Shown: positions 50,280 to 64,000 of the stretch, piece by piece
Layout: each line of letters opens with the position of its first letter
Position numbering within the stretch: position 1 is the stretch's first letter
Assembly: GCA_951406725.2 (NCBI GenBank)
Contig: OX597817.1
Location: forward strand, 162,068,001 to 162,132,000
Source: Octopus vulgaris
Lineage: Eukaryota
Direction of reading: 5' to 3'
Length of the DNA stretch: 64,000 nucleotides
Translations under genes and position numbers: made by a program
Notes under the pieces: generated by a model
The model's database searches: none
Seen by the model: only the letters and a program-made list of their open reading frames with translations
Told to the model about the DNA's origin: nothing

Positions 50280-52455
50280 TCATCATCGTGGTTGTCGTCG
50301 TCATCATCATCATCAACATTGTTATGAATGATCTCTACCACAATCACTATCATCATCATTATCATCATCGTCATTACCATCATCATCATCATCATCATCA
50401 TGACCATCATCATCACTCCCACCATTTGTTGTCATCATCATCATCATTGCCATCGTCAGCATCATCCTCACCACCACTACCATCATCATCATCATTATCA
50501 ACTTTCTCCCCTTCTTCCTCCTCCCCACCTCCTCCTCTTCCTCATCATCATCGTCGCCATCGTCATCATTATCATCTTTCTCCTCTCCTTCCTCCTCCCC
50601 ACCTCCTCCTATCCCTCATCATCATTGTCACCATCATCATCATTGTCGTCGTCATCATTGTCACCATCATCATCATCATCATTGCCATCGTCAGCATCAT
50701 CCTCACCACCACTACCATCATCATCATTATCATCTTTCTCTCCCCTTCTTCCTCCCCACCTCGCCTCTCCCTCATCATCATTGTCATTGTCATCATTGTC
50801 ACCATCGTCATCATCATCATTGTTATCATCAGCATCATCCTCAACACAACTACCATCATCATCATCACATTTCTCCTCCCCTCCCTCCTCTCCACCTCCT
50901 CCTCTTCCTCATCATTATCGTCGCCATCGTCATCATTGCCGTCATCATCATTGTCACTATCATCATCATCATCATTGTCATCGTCAGCATCATCCTCACC
51001 ACCACCACCATCATCATCTTTCTCCTCCCCTTCCTCCTCCCCTTCATCCTCCCCATCTCCTCCTCTTCCTCCTCCTCTCATCATCATCGTTGCCATCATC
51101 ATCATTGTCGTTGTCATCATTGTTACCATCGTCATCATCATCATTGTCATCGTCAGCATCATCCTCACCACCACCACCACCACTATCATCATCATTATCA
51201 TCTTTCTCCTCCCCTTCCTCCTCACCACCACCACCACCACCACTATCATCATCATTATCATCTTTCTCCTCCCCTTCCTCCTCCCCACCTCCTCCTCCTC
51301 ATCATCATCGTCGCCATCGTCATCATTGTCGTTGTCATCATTGTCACCATCGTCACCATCATCATCATCATCATTGTCACCATCATCATCATAACTGCCA
51401 TCATCCTCACCACCACCACCACCACCACCACTATCATCATCATTATCATCTTTCTCCTCCCCTTCTTCCTCCCCACCTCCTCCTCCTCATCATCATCGTC
51501 GCCATCGTCATCATCATCATCATCATCATTGTCACCATCGTCATCATCATCATCATCATTGTCACCATCATCATCATCACTGCCATCATCCTCACCACCA
51601 CCACCACCACCACCACTATCATCATCATTATCATCTTTCTCCTCCCCTTCCTCCTCCTCCTCATCATCATCGTCGCCATCGTCATCATTGTCGTTGTCAT
51701 CATTGTCACCATCGTCATCATCATCCTCATCATCATCATTGTCACCATCATCATCATAACTGCCATCATCCTCACCACCACCACCACCACCACCACTATC
51801 ATCATCATTATCATCTTTCTCCTCCCCTTCCTCCTCCCCACCTCCTCCCCACCTCCTCCTCATCATCATCATCGTCGCCATCGTCATCATTGTCGTTGCC
51901 ATCATTGTCACCATCGTCATCATCATCCTCATCATCATTGTCACCATCATCATCATCATAACTGCCATCATCCTCACCACCACCACCACCACCACCACTA
52001 TCATCATCATTATCATCTTTCTCCTCCCCTTCCTCCTCCCCACCTCCTCCTCCTCATCATCATCGTCGCCATCGTCATCATTGTCGTTGTCATCATTGTC
52101 ACCATCGTCATCATCATCATCATCATCATTGTCACCATCGTCATCATCATCATCATCATCATTGTCACCATCGTCATCATCATCATCATCATCATTGTCA
52201 CCATCGTCATCATCATCATCATCATCATTGTCACCATCGTCATCATCATCATCATCATCACCATCGTCATCATCATCATCATCATCATCATGTCACCATC
52301 GTCATCATCATCATCATCATCATTGTCACCATCGTCATCATCATCATCATCATCATTGTCACCATCATCATCATCACTGCCATCATCAGCATCATCCTCA
52401 CCACCACCACCACCACCACCACTATCATCATCATTATCATCTTTCTCCTCCCCTT

Positions 52456-52486
<31 letters not shown>

Positions 52487-52510
52487 GTTGTTGCCATTGC
52501 CATTGTCATC
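50280..52510. repeat. (CAT/CAC/CCT) block with higher-order ~170-200-bp periodicity
   Basis: The landmark ATCATCATTATCATCTTTCTCCTCCCCTT recurs about ten times. Confidence 0.85.
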
Positions 52511-52993
52511 TTTTCCTTTCAATAGCCATTTTGCCGTGCTGTTTGGCAAGCGTTTAAGACAAGTGTGTCGCTACAGAGCAAAATCGCAACTTGTTGTGCT
52601 TCTTTGTCAATTCGTCATTGCTGTTTCTCTGCCACAGGTGTCTTCCATTCCTCTCGACGACACTTGATAGTCTTTCAACCACATACACACATCACATCCT
52701 CACACGCCAGCAACCATTTCCACAACACACTTCGACTGATGCTTCTACACACCCAACTGCCCCTCTCTCTCTCAGCTCAGCTCAGCTCAGCTCCGGCTCA
52801 CCTGTGCTCTATTCCCCAAAGGCAGGTTAAACATTACATATTCACCAAATAATGCTCATCATATTTTTAACCAGGTTCCACGGGTCTTCTACATACAAAG
52901 TTTCAATACCCATGTTCTGTTACCATATGACATCACGCTTCTAATGCATGCTTCACTCAGTCAACACTTTATACAGAGAAAGAAACCCATGGC

Positions 52994-53025
<32 letters not shown>

Positions 53026-53329
53026 TGCTTAGCCTCAGGTCATCAATGATTAAACAGAATTGTGATAAAAATGTATTGTAGCCACAATTATAATTTTTTT
53101 TTTTTTTTTTGGTAACTCACTGTTTCCATAACTACATTATGTGATGTATTGTTCTATTTATAAGACAGTTGGGAATGATTTGAGAGAGATTTGGCTGCTA
53201 TTTTATGCTGATGGGTCAAGTGGCCATGTAAAGGTTTCCTCTTAAGCCAGAATTTGGTATGGTGTTATCCATATAATTCAAAATGGGGTGATTATAATCA
53301 AAATAAGCAACAAGGATATCCAAAGGTAG

Positions 53330-53417
53330 TGCACTACGATCGTTTCATGCGACTTCATTTAATTGAACAATGCAAGTATTACATCAGTTTTAAAATGTGG
53401 AGCAATCTTCAGCTGCA
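53330..53417 (-). ncRNA. Type I hammerhead motif with long stem II loop
   Basis: TGCAG-CTGAAGA-TTGC...GCAT-GAAA-CGATCG-TA-GTGCA; palindromic stem III, GUA triplet, one stem I mismatch. Confidence 0.65.
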
Positions 53418-54076
53418 TATGGAATTTTTTAGTTAAATTGAAAAGATTCATTTTTATACTTATTCCATTTACCAACATCACAAAGAGGGTGAGTAGATAG
53501 ACAGAGAGACCAGTTTCATCAACAGAAACATGGTAGTAATTGATATTTATTCATGGAGACACTACATATATATATATATACATATATACATACACACCCA
53601 TACATACATATTTACATACTTACATTCATACATGCAAACACACACACATATGCACATACATCCATTCATACATATATATACAAGAGGTTTCTTTCACTTT
53701 CTGTCTTCCAAATCCACTCACAAGGCTCTGGTTGACCTGAGACTAAAATAGAAAACATTTCTCCAAAGGTGTCACACAGTGGGGCTGAACCAGGAACCAT
53801 GTGGTTGGAAAGCAAACTTCTCACCACACATTTTGGGGAAGTGTTATAGATCCAGAACTGGCTTAAAATATATTGGCATTAAAAGAGTTCATAGATATAA
53901 ATATGAACTTATTATACATGGCTGTATAATAAGAAGAATGCTTTCTAGCCACATGGTTCCAGGTTCAATCACACTATATGGCACCTTGGACAAGTGTTTA
54001 ATACTATAGCACTGGCCATCCAAAATCTTGTGAGTGGATTTTGTACACAGAAGCAGAAAGAAGCCTGTAACATAAA

Positions 54077-55354
54077 CAGGAGCTGGACAAAATAATGGAA
54101 ACACCTAGCAGCACTGCATCCTAATTTTAAAATATCTATAAAATATCTATAAAATAAAATATCTATAAAATATCTATAAAGCTTGTTTATTTTTATGTTT
54201 TTAATTTATTATTAGTGTTGCTTAATATGTTTTGCTAAAATTGCTGCTTCTTTTCAGACATCATCAGAAAAAGGTAATTAAAATTCATTAAAATGACAAA
54301 TCTATCGGACTTTCGAAGAGGTCAAATTGTTGGTGCTCATATAGCAGGCGCTAGTGTAACGAAAACAGCCGAAATGTTTGGTGTATCAAGAAGTACTGTC
54401 TTGAAAGTAATGACAGCCTTTGAGAAAGAGGGATAAACCTCGTGAAAACAAAACTCTGGAAGAAAACCAAAACTTGCAGATAGGGACCATTGGAATTGTT
54501 AGAAAGGATCACAAAAAGTACAGCTCCCAAAACTATTGCGGGGCTTAATGACCACCTTGAGAACCCAGTTTCCACAAAAACTGTTTACCAGGAACTGCAC
54601 AAAGCCAGAGTTCATGGGAAGGCTGCAATCAGAAAACCACTACTTTCAAAAACAAAAATTGCAAAGGATTTAGAGTGAAGTAAAAACCTACAGAATTGGT
54701 CCCTAGAGCAGTGGAAGAATGTTATTTTCTCAGATGAGTCAACGTTTACCTTATTTCCGACCACCAGCCAAGAATACGTGTGGAGACAGCCAAAAGAAGC
54801 ATTTCACCCAGACTGCCTTCTTCCAGTTGTTAAACATGAAGGAGGATCTGTGATGATCTGGGGAGGCTATATCTTGGAAATGGTTTCCCTTCATGGCAGA
54901 ATTAATAGTCAAGACTATTTAAGCATTTTATCTGATCAAATGCATCCTATGGTTGTGGAACTGTTTCCGGGGGGGGAAATGCAATCTTTCAGGATGATAA
55001 TGCACCAATTGACAAAGCTAAAGCTGTTAGTGAATGGCACGAGGAACATTCTAGTGAAGTTGAACATCTTATCTGGCCACCAGAGTCCCCAGATCTCAAT
55101 ATTAGTGAACATTTATGGTGCATTTTAGAAAAACAAGTAAGGAGTTGATATCCTCCACCATCATCACTACAAGAACTGGAGACTGTTTTAGCTGAAGAAT
55201 GGACAAAAATTCCTTTGGAAACAATTCAAACTTTGTACAAGTCCACACCTCATAGAATTCAAACTGTAATTACTGCCAAAGCTGGTCCTACTCCACATTA
55301 AAATTAATTTGCTTGAAATTTTAAGGTTGTTTCCATTATTTTGTCCAACCCCTG
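54077..55354 (+). mobile_element. Tc1-family (DD34E) transposon, transposase pseudogene 54293-55301
   Basis: TIR CAGG(A/G)G(C/T)TGGACAAAATAATGGAAACA; MTNLSDFRRGQIVG, VIFSDESTF, FQDDNAP, WPPESPDLNISEHLW; stops and frameshifts; sits in the microsatellite of a family B SINE. Confidence 0.92.
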
Positions 55355-56600
55355 TATATGCATAAATGTTTGTGTGAGTGAGTGTGTGTGTATGCACACG
55401 CATGTGCGTATGTGAGTGTATGTGTGTGTCCGTGTGTATGTGTATGTGTGTATATTTGTCGCCTACCACTGCTTGACAACTGCTTAGAGGTATTTTGTCT
55501 GTCTTTATATTCTGAGTTCAAATTCCACTGAGGTTGACTTTGCCTTTTGACCTTTCAGGATCGATAAAAAAAAAGTACCAGCTGAGCACTGGGGTTAATA
55601 TAATCAGCTTACTCCTCCCCCAAAATTGCTGGCCTTGTGCCAAAATTTAAAAATCATCATTTTCCCCATGGCTGCACATGGCAGCACAGAATGAAAATGA
55701 CAAAAACAGGAAAATCAAATTCCAGACAACATTTATTTATTTATAATGGCAAAATGAATTTATTAAAATTCTCTCTGTTTCATGAGGATGTGTTACAGTT
55801 ACAGAATGACATTTGAGAACAGTTCTAAAAGAGAAGGCGAAATAATCTGAGAATCAAGAATTCTCCAAAGTTGAAACATTATTAAGGAAAATGCTTATTG
55901 ATGAGAGGACAGTTACAAACACCACAGTTTGACAACTTAGTGGTTCAACAAAAGAGACCAATAGAATAAGTACCAAGCTAAAAAAAAGGTGTATGAGTCG
56001 ATTCTTTCGACTAAAAATTCTTCAAGGCGGTGCCCCAGCATGGCCGCAGTCTAATGACTGAGACAAGTAAATGATATAAAATGTATACAATGGGCTTCCA
56101 CACAGTTTCCATGTAACAAATTCACTCACAAGGTATTGGTTAACCCAGGGCTTACAGTACAACACATCTTCCCCAAGTCGGCACATAATGGGACTGAACC
56201 TGAAACCATGTGGTTAGGAACCAAGGTTCTTAACCATACAACCATGCTTGTGACTATATACATATGTGCATGTGTGTGTGAGTGTGTATGCACATGAGTG
56301 TGGGTGTGTGCACGTGAGTGTGTGTGTGTGTGTGTGTGTGTATCAGCAATACAGACATTCTTTTATTCTTTTATTTGTTTCAGTCATTTGGCTACAGCCA
56401 TGCTGGAGCACCACCTTTAGTTGAGCAAATCGATCCCAGGTCTTATTCTTTGTAAGCCTAGTACTTAATTCTATCAGTCTCTTTTGCCAAACTGCTAAGT
56501 TACAGGGATGTAACCGTACCAGTATCGGTTGTCAAGTGACATTGGGGAGACAAACACAGACACACAAACATATACACACACATACATATATATATTTATA

Positions 56601-56805
56601 TGTAATATGTGAGAATTATTCAGTAGCCATGATAAAACTCCGAGTTTCGGATGTCGGGATGGATGTGGGTTTCTGCCCTGATATCTGAAACTCAGAGTTT
56701 TATCATGGCTACCAAATAATTGTCACATATTTACAGATAAATTCCTGTATTTACATAACATTGAGGTCTCTTTCATTCTTTTGTTGTCTTACCATTTCTA
56801 TCAAT
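56601..56805 (+). mobile_element. Fold-back relic with the 3' half of a hammerhead
   Basis: Hairpin 56601-56735 with GAAACTC(A/G)GAGTT on both arms; tail shared with 41401-41600. Confidence 0.7.
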
Positions 56806-56812
56806 GAATATG

Positions 56813-57127
56813 TGAGGGCGCGTGGCTTAGTGGTTAGGGCATTCGGCTCATGATCGTAAGGTTATGAGTTCGATTCCCGGCGACGCATTGTGTCCTTGAG
56901 CAAGACACTTTATTTCACATTGCTCCAGTCCACTCAGCTGGCAAAAATGAGTTGTACTTGTATTTCAAAGGGTCAGCCTTGTCACTCTCTGTGTCACGCT
57001 GATTATCCCCGAGAACTACGTTAAGGGTACACGTGTCTGTGGAATGCTCAGCCATTTGCACGTTAATTTCACAAGCAAGCTGTTCCGTATCAACTGGGAC
57101 CCTCGTCGTCGTAACCGGCGGAGTCTT
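56813..57127 (+). mobile_element. SINE family D with family C tail
   Basis: TGTGTCCTTGAGCAAGACACTT CORE-like block; 12-bp TSD ATCAATGAATAT. Confidence 0.9.
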
Positions 57128-57154
57128 TTAAATCAATGAATATATATTGGCATA

Positions 57155-57546
57155 GGAGTGGCTGTGTGGTAAGAAGCTTGCTTACGAACCACATGGTTCC
57201 GGGTTCAGTCCCACTGCATGGCACCTTGGGCAAGTGTCTTCTACTATAGCCTTGGGCCGACCAAAGCCTTGTGAGTGGATTTGGTAGACGGAAACTGAAA
57301 GAAGCCCGTCGTATATATATATCTGTATGTGTATATGTTTGTGTGTCTGTGTTTGTCCCCCCAACATCGCTTGACAACCGATGCTAGTGTGTTTACGTCC
57401 CTGTAACTTAGCGGTTCGGCAAAAGAGACCGATAGAATAAGTACTAGGCTGACAAAGAATAAGTCTTGGGGTCGATTTGCTCAACTGAAAGGTGGTGTTC
57501 CAGCATGGCCACAGTCAAATGACTGAAACAAGTAAAAGAGTAAAGA

Positions 57547-57547
<1 letters not shown>
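57155..57547 (+). mobile_element. SINE family B
   Basis: Full length. Confidence 0.92.
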
Positions 57548-57591
<44 letters not shown>

Positions 57592-57674
57592 GGTCCCGGG
57601 TTGATTCGGGGTTAACCACAGTAAGTAAGGTACTCAATACATAGCAGAGTAAAATTAATTTATTATATAGAAGG

Positions 57675-57725
57675 AGCTTCTACAGGACTAGTACTGTTTC
57701 ATTCAAGAGAAATCTTCAGGAAGCT
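57675..57725 (-). ncRNA. Type I minimal hammerhead ribozyme, best-preserved copy
   Basis: AGCTTC-CTGAAGA-TTTC TCTT GAAT-GAAA-CAGTACTAGTCCTG-TA-GAAGCT: perfect 6-bp stem I, intact core, near-palindromic stem III, GUA site. Confidence 0.85.
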
Positions 57726-57913
57726 ATTTAACAAGAATTGTATTAGCATTTATACATTTAGGCAGGTTTAAAGGAGTGGTGGTGGGGGACTTTTTGGGGG
57801 TAGGCATAGCGCAAAATATCATACTTGGGGGAGTGGTCAAGGAGTCAGTGGTAAGTTAGATGAAAGAATAGATAAATAAAAAAATAAAAAAATAAAAAAT
57901 AAAAAAATAAAAA

Positions 57914-57953
<40 letters not shown>

Positions 57954-58344
57954 CATATATATACATATATATATATATATACATATATATACATATATAC
58001 ATATATACATATATACAGACCCCAGTTGAACCGTCCAGCCCATGCTAGCATGGAAAGCGGACGTTAAACGATGATGATATATATAACGGGCCTCTTTCAG
58101 TTTCCGTCTACCAAATCCACTCACAAGGGTTTGGTTGGCCTGAGGCTATAGTAGAAGACACTTGACCAGGGTGCTATGCAGTGGGACTGAACCTGGAACC
58201 ATTGTGGTTGGTAAGCAAACTACTTACCACACAGCCATTCCTGCGCCTTTGAACTTAGTTTGTCTTCCAAATTCTATTTCAGTGCTTTGGTTTTGGTCAA
58301 CCCAACTGAATAGTTGAAGGAACTTGCCCAAAGTGAATCCTGTG

Positions 58345-60072
<1,728 letters not shown>

Positions 60073-60435
60073 TTTTCTGACCCGATGTTTGTCTGTTTGT
60101 CTGTTTGTCTGTGTTTTTCTCTGTGTGCCAACAATATGGCTGAGGGGAGAAAAAAAATACCTCGGGGGAGCGTTCTGTAAGCAAATTACACGTGAGGGAG
60201 AGTCTCATATTTGTAACGAAATGAGCTGAGAAAAAAAAAAAAAAAAATTCGATCAATGGAGATTATCTAAACAATTAACAGACGAAAACTTCCTCTAGGG
60301 GAGTTTGCAATCTAAGAAAATAGTAACTAAGGGAGGTAACCAAAGTATGATTCGCTGGAAATTTTTGAATAATATAGACAATGGAGATTGGAACAGAACT
60401 GGTCCTAAATAAGTTCATAATATTCATAATTAGAT

Positions 60436-61434
60436 ATGGCTGAATGGTTAAAAAGCTCACTTGGCAACCATGTGGTTTTAGGTTCAGTCCCGTCACATGG
60501 CATCTTGGGCAAGTGTCTAATATTATAGCCCAGGGTTGACCAATGCCTTGTGAATGAATTTGGTAGATGGAAACAATGTGGAAGTCTGCTGTTTGTGTAT
60601 TTTAACACATGATTTCACATCAGGAATTTTGCAAAATGAATATATAGGCCCAGGAGTGGCTGTGTGGTAAGTAGCTTACTAACCAACCACATAGTCCCGG
60701 GTTCAGTCCCACTGCGTGGCATCTTGGGCAAGTGTCTTCTGCTATAGCCCCGGGCCGACCAATGCCTTGTGAGTGGATTTGGTAGACGGAAACTGAAAGA
60801 AGCCTGTCGTATATATGTATATATGTATAAGTGTGTGCGTATATGTTTGTATGTTTGTGTGTTTGTCCCCCTAGCATCGCTTGACAACCGATGCTGGTGT
60901 GTTTACGTCCCCGTCACTTAGCGGTTCGGCAAAAGAGACCGATAGAATAAGTACTGGGCTTACAAAGAATAAGTCCCGGGGTTGATTTGCTCGACTAAAG
61001 GCGGTGCTCCAGCATGGCTGCAGTCAAATGACTGAAACAAGTAAAAGAGTAAAAGAGTAAAGAGTATATATATATATATATATATATATATTTGATCTTT
61101 TTATTTGTTTCAGTCATTTGACTGCAGCCATGTTGGAGCACTGCCTTTAGTCGAGCAAATCGACCCCAGGACTTATTCTTTGTAAACCTAGTACTTATTC
61201 TATTGGTTCTCTTTTGCCGAACTGCTAAGTTACGGGGATGTAAACACACCAGCATTGGTTGTCAAGCGATGCCGGGAGGGGGGGGGGGAGACATACAGAG
61301 ACACTCAAACATACACACACACACACACACACACACATAGGTTATAGTAGAAGACACTTGCCCAAGGTGCCATGCAGTGGGACTGAACCTGGAACCATGT
61401 GGTTGGTAAGCAAGCTACTTACCACACAGCCATT

Positions 61435-61478
<44 letters not shown>

Positions 61479-61877
61479 GTAAGTAGCTTGCTAACCAACC
61501 ACATGGTTCTGGGTTCAGTCCCACTGCGTAGCATCTTGGGCAAGTGTCTTCTGCTATAGCCCCGGGCCAACCAATGCCTTGTGAGTGGATTTGGTAGACG
61601 GAAACTGAAAGAAGCCTGTCGTATATATGTATATATGTGTGTGTATGTGTGTGTGTGTGTGTGTGTGTTTGTGTGTCTGTGTTTGTCCCCCTAGCATTGC
61701 TTGACAACCAATGCTGGTGTGTTTACGTCCCCATCACTTAGCAGTTCAGCAAAAGAGACCGATAGAATAAGTACTGGGCTTACAAAGAATAAGTCCCGGG
61801 GTTGATTTGGTCGACTAAAGGCGGTGCTCCAGCATAGCCGCAGTCAAATGACTGAAACAAGTAAAAGAGTAAAAGAG

Positions 61878-61912
<35 letters not shown>

Positions 61913-62230
61913 TTGTATATATAAATATATATATATATATGCTTGTATGAATGTGTGAGTTCCGTATTTGAGTATTTTTGTTTGGGCTTGTGTGTGTGTA
62001 TGTGCATGTGTGTGTGTGTGTGTGTGTCAGTGAATGTGTGTGTTTGTGTTTGTCCCTCCCTCCACCCCGTGCAGCAACTGGTGTTGGTTTGTTTTTGTCC
62101 CTGTAACTTAGTGGCAGGGCAAGAGAGACCAGTAGAACAATTACCCAACTTAAAAAAAGAAATCTGTACTAAACCCTACAATGCAGTGCCCCAGCATGGC
62201 CACAATCCAATGACTGGAAATAAAACATAA
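60436..62230. mobile_element. Pile-up of family B SINEs
   Basis: 60436-60590(+), 60652-61064(+), 61097-61437(-), 61470-61877(+), 62040-62230(+). Confidence 0.85.
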
Positions 62231-63208
62231 AAGAACATTGATCTCTCTTAGTCTTGCCAAAAGAAGCAGAATCTACTTTGCAGAGGAGTTCTAATAAGGC
62301 AGAAACATACCAATTTGGATCGTGATTTCATTGGTGTTATGCCCCTTGCTTGTTCTTTTGAAATTTTTTAATATCTCTTTAGGGAGTTTTAGGCTACTAA
62401 TTGTTTAGATAATCCCTATGGATCAACGTCTTTCAATTCATAGCATTACATATGTGAACCCCTTTTCTAACTGAATGCCAGTCTATGTCTTAAATCCTTA
62501 AATCCTTAAAAATGTTTTAGCCCGAAGGCCGCGGCCATGCTGGGCCACCACCGCTGATATCTGTTTGTATATCTATTTGTATATCTGTTGGCCTGTCTGT
62601 CTGTTGGTTATCTGCCTCTGTATGCCTTTCTGCCTTCATTTTCTCTTTCTTCTTCTCTTTTTTTATTTTGTTTGTCTGTCTGTTTGTCTCTCTTCAATCT
62701 GTCACATTGAATATCTGTCTGTCTGTTATCTCTGACCGTCTGCCTGTCTTTCTGTCTGTAAGTCTGTTTAGTCTCTTTCATTCTGAGTGTGTGAGTGTGT
62801 GTGTGTGTATGAATATATATGAGTGTGTATGAGCATGTGTATTTGTATATGTATGCGTATATGCATGTGCGTTGAGTATGTGTGTGTACTTGCCTGTCTG
62901 TGTATGTGTATGTATGAGCATGTGTGTGTTTGTCATACTGTCTCTTAGTCTCTCTCTTTCTCTCTCTGTCTCTCACATTATGTGTGTATGTGTGTGTGTG
63001 TTTGAGGGGATGTACAAGTATATATGTGTATATATGTGTATATGGTATGTATGTTTGTGTATGGCTGTGTGTGTATGTGTGTGTATGTGGGTCTGTCTGT
63101 TTGCCTGTCAGTCTGTGATTGATTTTTTACAAAAGCCTATTTGTTCCATTGTCGATAGAGAGAAAGAGAGAGAGAGAGAGGGGGGGAAGAGACTGTATGT
63201 GGTACACA

Positions 63209-63211
<3 letters not shown>

Positions 63212-63241
<30 letters not shown>

Positions 63242-64000
63242 ACCACCACCTCCACCACCACCACCACCACCACCACTACCACTATTACCACTATTACACA
63301 GCCACCACCGCCACCACCATCATTGCCACCATCTCCACCCACATCACCAGAATCTCACCACCATCAACAACACCACCAATGTGCAGCACCGGCATACTAC
63401 CGCCGCCGCCACCACCACCACCACCACCACCACCACCACCACCACCACCACCACCACCACCATCCAACCCCTTCCCCTCCAACTCCTGTCCCAGCCACTT
63501 CTGCATCAATATTCCTACCTTACCACTCTTTTTGCTTTATGTAGACCTCGTTTCTCTTCTACCCTGATGACTGCATCAGCAACACCACCGCCGTTACCAT
63601 TATTGCGTTGCTACCACTGCCACAGCCTCTACCATTGTACTACTACCACTGCCATCACTACTACTACTTCTACTACTACTACTACTACAAGCATTGTTAT
63701 TACAACCACTACAATTATGCCACCATCACCACTACCATGACCACTACAACAACTTCCGCCACCATCATGCCGCTATCACCACCACCACCACTACTACCAC
63801 CACTATCATCTTCACTTCTACCACCAATGCCACCACTCCCACCATCACCACTACCACTATTCACACCACTTCCACAACCACTACCACTTAAACCACCACC
63901 AATACAACCACCATCACAGTCACTACCATCAGACAACTACCACTACTATAACACCACTACTACTACTACTACCACCAACACTACTACTACTACTACCATC
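63212..64000. repeat. (CAC/CTA)n low-complexity block
   Basis: Seen directly. Confidence 0.92.

Larger units (their letters stand above)
56360..58247 (-). mobile_element. Family B SINE apparently split by a ~1.5-kb stack of nested insertions
   Basis: 3' half 56360-56570, 5' half 58085-58247. Confidence 0.65.

Noticed and set aside
50328-52667. 779-aa ORF and other long low-complexity ORFs (33610-36713, 62872-63936)
   Set aside because: Stop-poor trinucleotide repeats open in several frames on both strands; no domain signal.

Overview
Eukaryotic, AT-rich, repeat-saturated non-genic DNA. The SINE repertoire and microsatellite load suggest an octopus/coleoid cephalopod genome (inference, no database search). 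I found no credible host protein-coding gene; nearly all ORF-track entries are microsatellite or SINE read-throughs. Contents: (1) dozens of tRNA-type SINEs in several families (labelled A-E here), many with clear TSDs; (2) decayed DNA transposons: nested mariners, a Tc1 DD34E, a DD41D derivative, hAT, piggyBac-like, a non-autonomous Helitron and MITEs; (3) RTE-clade LINE fragments; (4) a Penelope-like (PLE) GIY-YIG endonuclease relic that the ORF track misses. The most interesting signal is about nine dispersed type I 'minimal' hammerhead ribozyme motifs (CUGANGA...GAAA, palindromic stem III, UH), several in TA-flanked fold-back relics. They include one near-perfect copy, one with a compensatory U3-A8 core and several with very long stem II inserts. 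A separate TA-flanked family carries the hammerhead boxes in reversed order. All alignments and folds were done by eye.
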